The notes under the pieces: generated by a model
Database searches by the model: none
What the model was told of the DNA's origin: nothing
Seen by the model: the letters and a program-made list of their open reading frames with translations, nothing else
Assembly (NCBI GenBank): GCA_946965045.2
Contig: OX337231.1
Coordinates: forward strand, 1-64,000
Direction of reading: 5' to 3'
Source of the DNA: Epithemia pelagica
Taxonomy: Eukaryota > Protista > Bacillariophyta
Length of the DNA stretch: 64,000 nt
In this document: positions 55,275-64,000 of the stretch, one piece after another
Numbering within the stretch: position 1 is the first letter of the stretch
Layout of the letters: every line of letters starts with the position of its first letter
Program-made: the position numbers and the translations under genes

Positions 55275-56102
55275 TTGTAGCTGGCACATTCTACTAAGAG
55301 TAGGTAGTCTACCTAAGTAACCCGAATATAAAGATAGAAGTACTGCTACAATATGCCGTCGTCGTCCCACACCCTCGTGTAACCGGGAGTTCTATTACAG
55401 GCACAACCGGATAGTACTTCTACTGAGAATCCCTCCATGGGCCCGTTCCATACAAATAGGATCCCTCGAGGAGTGTACCTACCTAGTTTGTATATTCCTA
55501 CGAATCATAAAAAGTCCAATATTCTAGTTCGTACATTGGTGCTTCCAATTTCCAATGGCAACCCCCCAAACAAACAAGACGCACACTCTGGAAGCAACAA
55601 CCACGCTTCCAGAAATTCCCAGTGTGTGATGACGACCATTCAAGATCCAGCGTTTTCCCATTGCAAGAGACTGGCCACCATTCCCAACCACAACAAGCAC
55701 GAGAAGAACCAGAACCAACTGGTTGTCGTCTGGAAAGTAGGCGCACTCGAGGTTTCTTCAGGCAAATCCAAACGAAATCGCGTCCCATTGAGACAATCAA
55801 TCAAGGTGGGCGTAATGGTAATTTGTTGCAAGTAGGCTTTGGCCATGGTTTTGGCCAAGCGTCCCGCAAAGACACAATTGTCACCGCCCGACAAGAATAC
55901 CAATCCGGCCGTTTGCAACAAAAGGCGGGCAGGTCCAAATGACCAGTGCCATAGTCTTGTTCTGTCAATCCCGGTTCGAGCCAGAGACCGTTGGTGCTCA
56001 TGCCAAACAAGAATTGGGCAAATTGTATGGTGGATCTGATCCCCTGGAGGGAAGAGTACAACTAGAAGTCGATTCTCACAGTTAGCACGTTTGGAAGAAG
56101 AC

Positions 56103-57549
56103 TCAGTTCATTTTGCGGGGAGGTCGACGGTTGGGCCGCAAGTCAATAACGGTGGTTGGAAAGTGCTGTTGCACAATGAATCGGCAAAGATCATTCATGA
56201 GTCGACTCCAGTTGCTTGCCGTCCTCAGAACAAAGTCATTGGCCTCCATGGCAATGAGGAGTGACGCCAGTCCGGACAATGCCGGTGTTCCCCTTTGAGC
56301 TTTGGTCATTTTGGCATTCCCACCAAAACCCGTTTGACGATAGTGGGAAAACTCCTCCACATAGGGATCTACATACAAGTTCCAATGCGATGGTATGTTC
56401 GCACGCATGGCTTGAATTGCAGTTGGATCTTCTGTGGCCAAATAGATGTGCACCGGATCGTCGTCCTGGCTGCTACCGCTGTGGTTGGTGTAAATGGGTA
56501 TGCTGTCCGCCAAGTTTGTCTGGTTGACGTCCTGAGACCCTGCGACGTGGTTTCTTCGTCGTTGCAGAATTTGATGGCAAGCATCAATGTAGGAGTGAAT
56601 GCCTACCAACTTCATTTCTCTTGCCTTGTCTCCCCACCGAATGTGTACGGTAATCAAGTTGGGTGGTACAATGCCATGAGGTGGAAAGACCAGTGGGAGC
56701 CTCTGAACGGCCGAGTCAACGACTCTGGAAGAAACACTTGAAAACAAAAACTCGGTGGCCGATCCGACAAAATCTTGGATGGTGAGGTTTGCCTGTTGTA
56801 GCGTAGACCGGCATTCCTTGTGGATACTTGAATCCACCATTTGTTTTATTCGGAGCTGAGAGCTCGGACGATGGCTCGTGTTGTCGTCCTTCGGGGCGAC
56901 AATCGGCGCGTGGGATGTGGTACACAAATCCTCCGATCGTGGAAAGTAGCACGTCATGGACGACTTGTGGTTCCTCGGACAATTGAGTTGGCTCCAATGA
57001 ATCCACGGTCGAGGCGAGAGGAGACGCTGACCGAGCTCCAGGCCTCGGCACATGCCATAGGACCACAGGGTCAAATCGCTGCCAATCCCAGCTGCTTTGT
57101 TTCGCCAGGGAATTATCGCCTCGGGCATGTCACACGAACGTTGATGAGCGGCGATTCGTTTTGCCATGGGTGAGTGCAGGTCCAATTGCGTCCAATCGAG
57201 GCGCAAACCAGCAGAAGGAATTTGGTTCCTCCCCAATCCGTGTATTAGTCGTCACGTTTGTAGAAGCACGTGGAGGTGCCCTCAAAGTCTTGTTGTTGTC
57301 GTCGTCCAGAATGGACGGCCCCATACTTGCAAGCGGATCTGCGCCAAATGACAAAGTTTGATTGTTTGTGGCAATGTTATCCGAGAAGGACGAAGCTTGC
57401 ATGCAAAGAGAGAGATTTGCAATCTGAAAAAGGGACACCCACACAACACCAACAACAGCCATGAACCTAGCCTTTGTACAAATGGTGGGGATCCCATTGC
57501 GGTCGGTTGGACTGGACCATGTCTTGACTCGTGCCGACATGGAAACCAA
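56103..57549 (-). pseudogene. Paralog of the GT23-like gene at 41996-43429, apparently frameshifted near 57220
   Basis: The N-terminal frame (57130-57549) and the catalytic frame (56103-57236) differ. Same motifs: HIRWGDKARE, YLATEDP. Confidence 0.7.
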
Positions 57550-57634
57550 CGAGTGTAGAGAGAGTCGTTGGACTCACATCATGTTGTGCAAACCCAACAA
57601 GTTCCTATTGCCATACGACGAAAAGGTGTACTCG

Positions 57635-57756
57635 CAAGAAATGGTCGCGGTATTGTCGCGAGAATGGGCGAGATTTTAGCGAGACATAGTCCTCTAGGTT
57701 AGAGGCTCCTAATAGTCACTCTTTTGATTTTGAGACACTATCATGACCGTAATTTG
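57635..57756 (+). repeat. 5' LTR of Copia 2
   Basis: Direct repeat of 63805-63926. Confidence 0.93.
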
Positions 57757-58178
57757 GTTTATCAGACCCAAGACTCTGGTTCGAAAGGAAAAGCTATGGC
57801 ACAATGGGCCTGGGAAGGTCGTGAAATATCTGGATCAAAGTTGATCCGCCCATAAGAGACACAAATGGTCTCATACTAGTCTCGAGAATTATCCAACCTG
57901 CAACGGGGAATGGACCGGACTAGTATAGAGGTGCGGTCTGCGTATGCGCGCACCTTGGGCAATGGCGGACGCGCCACTCTTTGCCGTTGAAAAGAAAAGC
58001 CTGCCATGCGACCAAGCGTTTATGACACATATGTGACGCTGGACGATGATGAATGCAGCTGTGCACGCTTTCTACCTTTTGGATTGCCAGTGTGAGATCG
58101 GGAAATGAGTGAGGCATCACACTTCCGAATACTTGAAAGTCTGAAAGAGTCCGAAAGAGAGAAGAAAGATCGAGCACC

Positions 58179-59675
58179 ATGGCTATGCCTGCACCTCCAG
58201 CTCCTCCAACTGCACAAGAATTGCTTGATGAGTTGAATGGTTACTTGCAGAATACGTTATTGATTGGACAGCAGAATGTAAGAGATGCCTTGAATGCTCA
58301 GGGCTTGATCTCAGTTAGCGATTTCGAAGGCCTTACAGAGGAGGACATCGCTGAAATCTGCTCTAATGCAAGGAAGCCAGGTGGGACAATCAACAATCCT
58401 GCTTATGACGTGGCAAATCCAGTGGCCGGTGTACCTGCAACGATTACCAATCCAGGCGTCTTAGTTGGCCATGTAATCGAGAAAAGACTTAAGATGTTAC
58501 GCTACTATGTGCATCATCTAAAGAAGATCTCGAGGAAGTTTGACCCGGCAGCTGCACATGCTTCTTTGCAGAAGTTACAAGACCTCTATCGTTTCAAAAC
58601 AAGCGAGGAGGAGTATGACAACGATATCGAGCTCCCTGAACGCTTGACCTCGGTTGATAACATCCGGACTGTGTTAGAGGATCTCGACGATTATTTCGAA
58701 AGGAAGAGAGGATGCACAGGAATCCCTCTAGCCGCTTATACGAGGACGATCCAGGCAATCCCTGAAGTTGATGTGGACCCAGGATTTGGCACCCCAAGCA
58801 TTATCAGGGAACTGATCCGACGTGCGCCACATGCTGGCCCCACTGCTTTGACGGACAACGAGGCAGTTTGGGATGCTGTTCGACATGTAACCCACGATGG
58901 GCCGGGTTGGGGTTGGGTCCAAGCCTTCAGTAGATCCAGGAATGGCCGCCAAGCGTATTTGGCTCTCAGAAGCCACTACTTTGGCGACGCTTACCAAACA
59001 AGGTTGAGGGCTAAAGCAGATCAAATCCTCGAAACGAACTACTATGATGGTACCAAAAGAAACTTCACTTATGAAAGGTACATTGAGACTCTGCAGAGAG
59101 CATTTGCTGACTTGGAATCCACTGGAGAATTCGTCAGTCATGAAAGGAAAGTCCGTATCTTAATGACAGGAGTGCACGATCCTAGATTGGAAAGTGCCAA
59201 GAACACAATATTGGCTACTCCGGATCTGCGTGTCACTTTCGAATCGGCATCCAACTACCTTGCTGAAGTATTGGATAATAAGGTATCGTACAGTGCTACG
59301 ACCCGTAAGGCACGAATTTCAGCGGTCCATGTTAACAAGAAGAAACAGAATGGCCATGGCAACGGCAACAAAGGAAAGGGGAACGATGATTCTACAGAAT
59401 TCAACCCCAACAAGTATTACCCTTTCCGCAAATGGATCAAGTTAACAAAAGAGCAACAAGCTATGGTCCGGGCAGCACGAGACTCCCAGAACAGTAGTAC
59501 CAAGAAAAGGACCGCCTCGGCTGTTAAGACAGGGAAAGGCAAGAAAAGAAAGAATGAAAGCAATTCCACCACGACGACTGAAGATTCTTCCTGCAGTGAT
59601 TGTGAAGAAGAGAACAAAACCTCTGGAATCGGTGCAATCATGAGTCGTAGAAAGAAAGGAAAGGACCAAATCTGA
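58179..59675 (+). CDS. Gag of Copia 2
   Basis: 498-aa ORF. RNGRQAYLALRSHY and FTYERY parallel the gag region of Copia 1. Confidence 0.85.
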   Translation: MAMPAPPAPPTAQELLDELNGYLQNTLLIGQQNVRDALNAQGLISVSDFEGLTEEDIAEICSNARKPGGTINNPAYDVANPVAGVPATITNPGVLVGHVIEKRLKMLRYYVHHLKKISRKFDPAAAHASLQKLQDLYRFKTSEEEYDNDIELPERLTSVDNIRTVLEDLDDYFERKRGCTGIPLAAYTRTIQAIPEVDVDPGFGTPSIIRELIRRAPHAGPTALTDNEAVWDAVRHVTHDGPGWGWVQAFSRSRNGRQAYLALRSHYFGDAYQTRLRAKADQILETNYYDGTKRNFTYERYIETLQRAFADLESTGEFVSHERKVRILMTGVHDPRLESAKNTILATPDLRVTFESASNYLAEVLDNKVSYSATTRKARISAVHVNKKKQNGHGNGNKGKGNDDSTEFNPNKYYPFRKWIKLTKEQQAMVRAARDSQNSSTKKRTASAVKTGKGKKRKNESNSTTTTEDSSCSDCEEENKTSGIGAIMSRRKKGKDQI

Positions 59676-59687
59676 CGGTCCATCAGC

Positions 59688-62600
59688 ATGCTCTCCAAAG
59701 ACCTGGAAGTAGCAACATCCACCTGTGAGCTCGACAGTCATGCCGACACGTGTTGTCCTGGCAGTATCTGTTTAAAACTCTACGAGACGGACAAGGCAGA
59801 AGTGAGCGGCTTCACCAACACGCTCGGCAGTATCAAAGAAACCCCAATCATCACAGGGGTAGTTGCATACGATGATCCTGTTTCAGGAGAAACGTACCTT
59901 CTGTACTTTCACCAGTCATTGCATCTTCCCATGATGGACAAATGCCTTCTCAACCCTAATCAAATGAGGGATGCAGGCATCGTGGTGAATGATGTTCCTT
60001 TGAAGTACTTGAAAGAAGAACAAAGAGAAGCAACTTCTCATTCAATTGTTGCTCCAATAGACGGACAAAGCGAGAACCTCATTATTCCCTTCAATCTTGT
60101 GGGAGTCATGAGTAGTTTCACCGTAAGGAAACCAACATGGGACGAGATAAAAGAAGTCGATCCGTCCAATAGAATCCACATGACGAATGAAAACCCAGAA
60201 TGGAGTCCGAATGACTCAACAGATGATGTTGATGAAAGTAAACTCCGGATTGACTTGGGTAGTAATTCGATCAGAAAGAAAGAACCAAGAAATTTACACC
60301 AACGAATGGCATGGATGGTCCGTGTGAATACAAGGACGATAGCTGACATCCGCCATCGTCGAAAGGGGACCATTGACCCCATAACTCTGTCAACAAGATG
60401 GGGAATAGGAATCCCAACAGCTGAAAAGACTTGTGCTGCGACGACTCAATTGGGGATCCGTGACTTCTCAGAGTCAATTGGCAGCAGAAGGTTGAAACAT
60501 ACCTCGTATCAACTCAAGCACAGGAGGCTAAGAGCAGATGTTTACACCGACACTCTCTTTTCGGACATAAAGTCCCTCGGCCAGAATACCTGTGGGCAGA
60601 TTTATGCCACCGAATTTGGCTGGGTACAATTTTACCCAATGCAAAAGAAGAAAGATGCTCATCGTACGTTGGAACAAGTCTTTAATGACTTTGGAGTTTT
60701 CAACAGTGTCATCCCCGACAATGCGCCGGAGTTGACCAGTGGTACGTTTCGGAAGACCGCCCATAAGTTTGGTTGTCGCATAAGGCCCATAGAGGCATGG
60801 ACACCAAATCAAAATTTAGCGGAGGCCAACATCAGAGAATTAAAGCGTATGTACAGGCGAGAAATGAGGAGAACAAATTGCCCTGGAGTTCTTTGGGACC
60901 ATTGTCTCGAACTAATGGCACGGAGAAGGTCGCACACTGTGTTGACATCCAGTCCGTATGATGAAGGCCCACCAATGAAGGTCCTGACTGGTGACACACC
61001 AGACATTTCGCATTTAGTGGAGCATCGATGGTATGACCCCGTTTGGTATTCGAATCCCGGATTCGAAGGCAGGAAACTGGGAAGATGGTTAGGCCCGAGC
61101 CACAGTGTAGGGCAAGCCATGAGTTCAAAAATACTCACCGCAAAAGGGAAGATCGTGCACAGAACATCTGTCTGGCCGTTGTCCATAGAAAAATCACATG
61201 ATGAGACATTCGCAGCTCAGAAGGACCAGTTTGACGACTCCCTAAGAGAGGCACTGGGAGCACGAATGGAAGGTCTACCACCAGATGAAGACGACGACCC
61301 AGATGAATATGACACCACAACTCCGCATTATGAACCCTATGAAGACGACGAGCAAGGGGACGTTAGAAAGCCCGAGATGGATGAGCACAAGGTGGACTCA
61401 TATGACAAGTTGATTTCTGCCAAGGTAATGCTTCCACTCGGTGATTCCCTGAGGGCCGGTCAAGTTAAAAGGAGAAAGCGGGATGCGAGTGGTAATTTGG
61501 TTGGTCGTGCATCCACGAATCCTTACCTCGATACCTCCATGTATGAGGTAGAATTCCAAGATGGGCATGTAGAGGCTTATGCAGCCAATATCATTGCCGA
61601 GAACATATACGAACAATTAGACGACGAGGGCAATCGTTATCGTCTCATTGATCAAATAATTGATCATAAGAAAGATGCTCGTGCAATCCCCTTGTCGGAC
61701 AGCACAATCACTTTAAATGGGCGCGAACACAAGAAAAGAACGACAAGAGGATGGTCGCTCTGTGTTCAATGGCGCGATGGCTCAACAAGTTGGGAACTCT
61801 TGAAGGACCTAAAGGAATCAAACCCTCTTGAGGTCGCAGAGTATGCGGTTGCCAATATGATCGACAAAGAACCCGCTTTTGCATGGTGGGTCGGGTTCAC
61901 ATTGAAAAGAAGAGACCGACTCATTAAAGCTGCCAAAACAACAAGGTACATGAGAAAATGGCAAAAGTATGGGATAGAAATCCCGAAGACGGTCGAGAGA
62001 GCATTGCAAATCGATAAGGAGACAGGTACTGACTTTTGGGCGAAAGCACTCCGTCTCGAAATGTCGAAGATAGTACCAGCAGTGAAGATCTTGGACGAGG
62101 GAGTCCCACATCCCGTGGGGCATCAGATCATTCCGTGTCACATCGTTTTTGATGTTAAAATGGACTTCACCAGGAAGGCCAGGTTCGTCGCAGGAGGCCA
62201 TAAGACTCAGGAACCTGAGACCCCAACTTATGCGAGCGTTGTGTCAAGGGAAAGCGTCAGAATTGGCTTCCTCTTAGCCGCTCTGAATGGTATTGACGTG
62301 ATTGCTGCAGACATCGCTGGAGCTTACTTGAATGCTCCATGCCATGAAAGGATTTGCATGAAATGTGGATTGGAGTTTGGCAAAGAATTTGAAGGCCGTT
62401 TTGCCATCATTACCAAAGCATTATATGGCTTAAAAACGAGCGCATTCGCCTGGAGAGAACACCTGTCCGCAACGTTGCAGGAGTCACTTGGGTTTCAAGC
62501 CTGTAGGGCAGACCCCGACGTCTACATGCGTCCGTCAACAAAATCGGATGGTACAAAGTATTATGAACTGGTATTCATATACATTGATGATGTACTCGTG

Positions 62601-63659
62601 ATTTCGAACCAAGGGAAAGAGATCTTGAACATGTTGGATCAGCATTATTTGCTGAAACCTGATTCGGTCGGCCCTCCTAAATTATATCTCGGCAACCAGG
62701 TGGAGACGTTTGACATCGACAACGATAGTTCGAAGCGTTGTTGGGCTTTAAGCTCCAGGAGATACGCCAAAGAAGCGATCAGGAATGTTCAAACATGGAT
62801 GGATGGTCGAGGGATGCAACTCAAGACGAGGACATCCGGCGTCTTACCTTCTAATTATCGTCCAGAATTGGACACGAGTTCCTACTGTGACCCTGATTGG
62901 ATGAACTTCTATCAGCAACAGATCGGTGTTTTAAGATGGTTAGTTGAGCTCGGCCGTATAGACATCACGGCGGAAGTATCAATGCTGGCAGCGTTCTTGG
63001 CTGCACCAAGAGAAGGTCATGTGCACGCTATGCTACATATATTCGCGTACATCAATACACACGATCGGTCAAGGTTGGTACTGGACCCAGAGTACATCAC
63101 TCATGGGGAAGAACCTTCAGCGGATTGGACAGGGTTTTATCCAGACTCTAAAGAGGAGATTCCCCCTGATGCACCAGAACCGCTCGGCAAGGCAGTACAA
63201 ATGACCGCTTTCGTCGATTCAGATCATGCTGGCGATTTAGTCACAAGGAGATCAAGAACAGGAGTGTTGATCTTCTTGAACAGAGCTCCCATCAATTGGT
63301 ACAGTAAAAAGCAGACGAGCGTAGAAACATCTACATTTGGGTCTGAGTTCATGGCCTTGAAAGTTGGTGTGGAGATGATTAAAGGACTCCGATACAAATT
63401 AAGGATGATGGGTGTCCCATTGGAGGGGCATACCCATATCAGAGTCGACAACATGTCAGTTGTCCAGAACAGTTCAAGGCCCGAGTCAGTACTGCGAAAG
63501 AAGTCCAATGCGATAGCATATCATTTTGTTCGTGAGAATGTGGCGAATGGTACTTGTCGTATTGCTTATGAACCTTCTCGTACTAACCTTGCAGATCTTT
63601 TAACCAAGATTCAGACAGGAACGGAAAGGACTCGTTTGGCATCAATGATATTGTTCTAA
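59688..63659 (+). CDS. Pol (PR-IN-chromo-like-RT-RNaseH) of Copia 2
   Basis: ELDSHADTCC, VYTDTLF..IPDNAPE..AEANIREL (IN), KARFVAGGH, IYIDDVL and FVDSDHAG. In frame with gag across a single TGA. Confidence 0.92.
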   Translation: MLSKDLEVATSTCELDSHADTCCPGSICLKLYETDKAEVSGFTNTLGSIKETPIITGVVAYDDPVSGETYLLYFHQSLHLPMMDKCLLNPNQMRDAGIVVNDVPLKYLKEEQREATSHSIVAPIDGQSENLIIPFNLVGVMSSFTVRKPTWDEIKEVDPSNRIHMTNENPEWSPNDSTDDVDESKLRIDLGSNSIRKKEPRNLHQRMAWMVRVNTRTIADIRHRRKGTIDPITLSTRWGIGIPTAEKTCAATTQLGIRDFSESIGSRRLKHTSYQLKHRRLRADVYTDTLFSDIKSLGQNTCGQIYATEFGWVQFYPMQKKKDAHRTLEQVFNDFGVFNSVIPDNAPELTSGTFRKTAHKFGCRIRPIEAWTPNQNLAEANIRELKRMYRREMRRTNCPGVLWDHCLELMARRRSHTVLTSSPYDEGPPMKVLTGDTPDISHLVEHRWYDPVWYSNPGFEGRKLGRWLGPSHSVGQAMSSKILTAKGKIVHRTSVWPLSIEKSHDETFAAQKDQFDDSLREALGARMEGLPPDEDDDPDEYDTTTPHYEPYEDDEQGDVRKPEMDEHKVDSYDKLISAKVMLPLGDSLRAGQVKRRKRDASGNLVGRASTNPYLDTSMYEVEFQDGHVEAYAANIIAENIYEQLDDEGNRYRLIDQIIDHKKDARAIPLSDSTITLNGREHKKRTTRGWSLCVQWRDGSTSWELLKDLKESNPLEVAEYAVANMIDKEPAFAWWVGFTLKRRDRLIKAAKTTRYMRKWQKYGIEIPKTVERALQIDKETGTDFWAKALRLEMSKIVPAVKILDEGVPHPVGHQIIPCHIVFDVKMDFTRKARFVAGGHKTQEPETPTYASVVSRESVRIGFLLAALNGIDVIAADIAGAYLNAPCHERICMKCGLEFGKEFEGRFAIITKALYGLKTSAFAWREHLSATLQESLGFQACRADPDVYMRPSTKSDGTKYYELVFIYIDDVLVISNQGKEILNMLDQHYLLKPDSVGPPKLYLGNQVETFDIDNDSSKRCWALSSRRYAKEAIRNVQTWMDGRGMQLKTRTSGVLPSNYRPELDTSSYCDPDWMNFYQQQIGVLRWLVELGRIDITAEVSMLAAFLAAPREGHVHAMLHIFAYINTHDRSRLVLDPEYITHGEEPSADWTGFYPDSKEEIPPDAPEPLGKAVQMTAFVDSDHAGDLVTRRSRTGVLIFLNRAPINWYSKKQTSVETSTFGSEFMALKVGVEMIKGLRYKLRMMGVPLEGHTHIRVDNMSVVQNSSRPESVLRKKSNAIAYHFVRENVANGTCRIAYEPSRTNLADLLTKIQTGTERTRLASMILF

Positions 63660-63804
63660 GTGCGTTTCCCGCCGACGTGTCGGGTTTGGGTACGTCCTGC
63701 ACTCATTGTGAATGGGCTTTAAGCAGGTTATGAAGAATGGAATGGTGAAATTGGGTATAGAGACACGATTACCCTAGCAAATAGCCAGTAAATCGCGAGG
63801 GGAC

Positions 63805-63926
63805 CAAGAAATGGTCGCGGTATTGTCGCGAGAATGGGCGAGATTTTAGCGAGACATAGTCCTCTAGGTTAGAGGCTCCTAATAGTCACTCTTTTGATTT
63901 TGAGACACTATCATGACCGTAATTTG
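63805..63926 (+). repeat. 3' LTR of Copia 2
   Basis: Preceded by the PPT and followed by the TSD CTCG. Confidence 0.93.
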
Positions 63927-64000
63927 CTCGTATCTACATTTTCAAAATAATGACCGTTCACCTTTTCCAACTTTCCCATAGACCGTGACTCCCTGAGTCA

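Larger units (their letters stand above)
57635..63926 (+). mobile_element. Full-length Ty1/copia (CoDi-like) LTR retrotransposon 2
   Basis: 122-bp LTRs at 57635-57756 and 63805-63926 with CA..TG termini. 4-bp TSD CTCG, PBS GTTTATCAGACCC, PPT GCGAGGGGAC. Confidence 0.95.

Noticed and set aside
1-64000. rRNA, tRNA genes and most sub-130-aa ORFs in the track
   Set aside because: No RNA-gene signatures seen. The small ORFs are antisense or alternate-frame shadows of the long ORFs and repeats.

Overview
Eukaryotic DNA, most likely from a diatom (bipartite plastid-targeting signal, CoDi-like Ty1/copia elements, TTAGGG telomeres). The window joins two chromosome ends tail-to-tail across a 200-N gap: (TTAGGG)n 17981-18507, N 18508-18707, (CCCTAA)n 18708-19209. 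The main discovery is that both subtelomeres (12924-17980 and 19210-41910) are chains of one element system. Its members encode a large protein with an N-terminal C2H2-like Zn finger, a tyrosine-recombinase-like catalytic domain (R..K..xxxR..H..Y), a RecQ-type SF2 helicase and C-terminal Zn knuckles. I count 13 unit junctions. Each is a fixed element terminus ending in a single telomere-like repeat (C)CTTAGG(G), joined through 2-3 G of microhomology to a variable position in the previous unit or in host DNA. There are no TSDs, the distal target is lost, and polarity relative to the telomere is strict on both arms. At least six protein subfamilies occur; only one copy is full-length (21951-25874). 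Outside the chain are a plastid-targeted carboxyl-methyltransferase/Rieske-oxygenase fusion, a kelch protein, a piggyBac-like transposon, fucosyltransferase-like genes and two complete Copia LTR elements, one with non-canonical CA...TG LTR termini. All domain calls come from motifs read by eye; no database searches were run.
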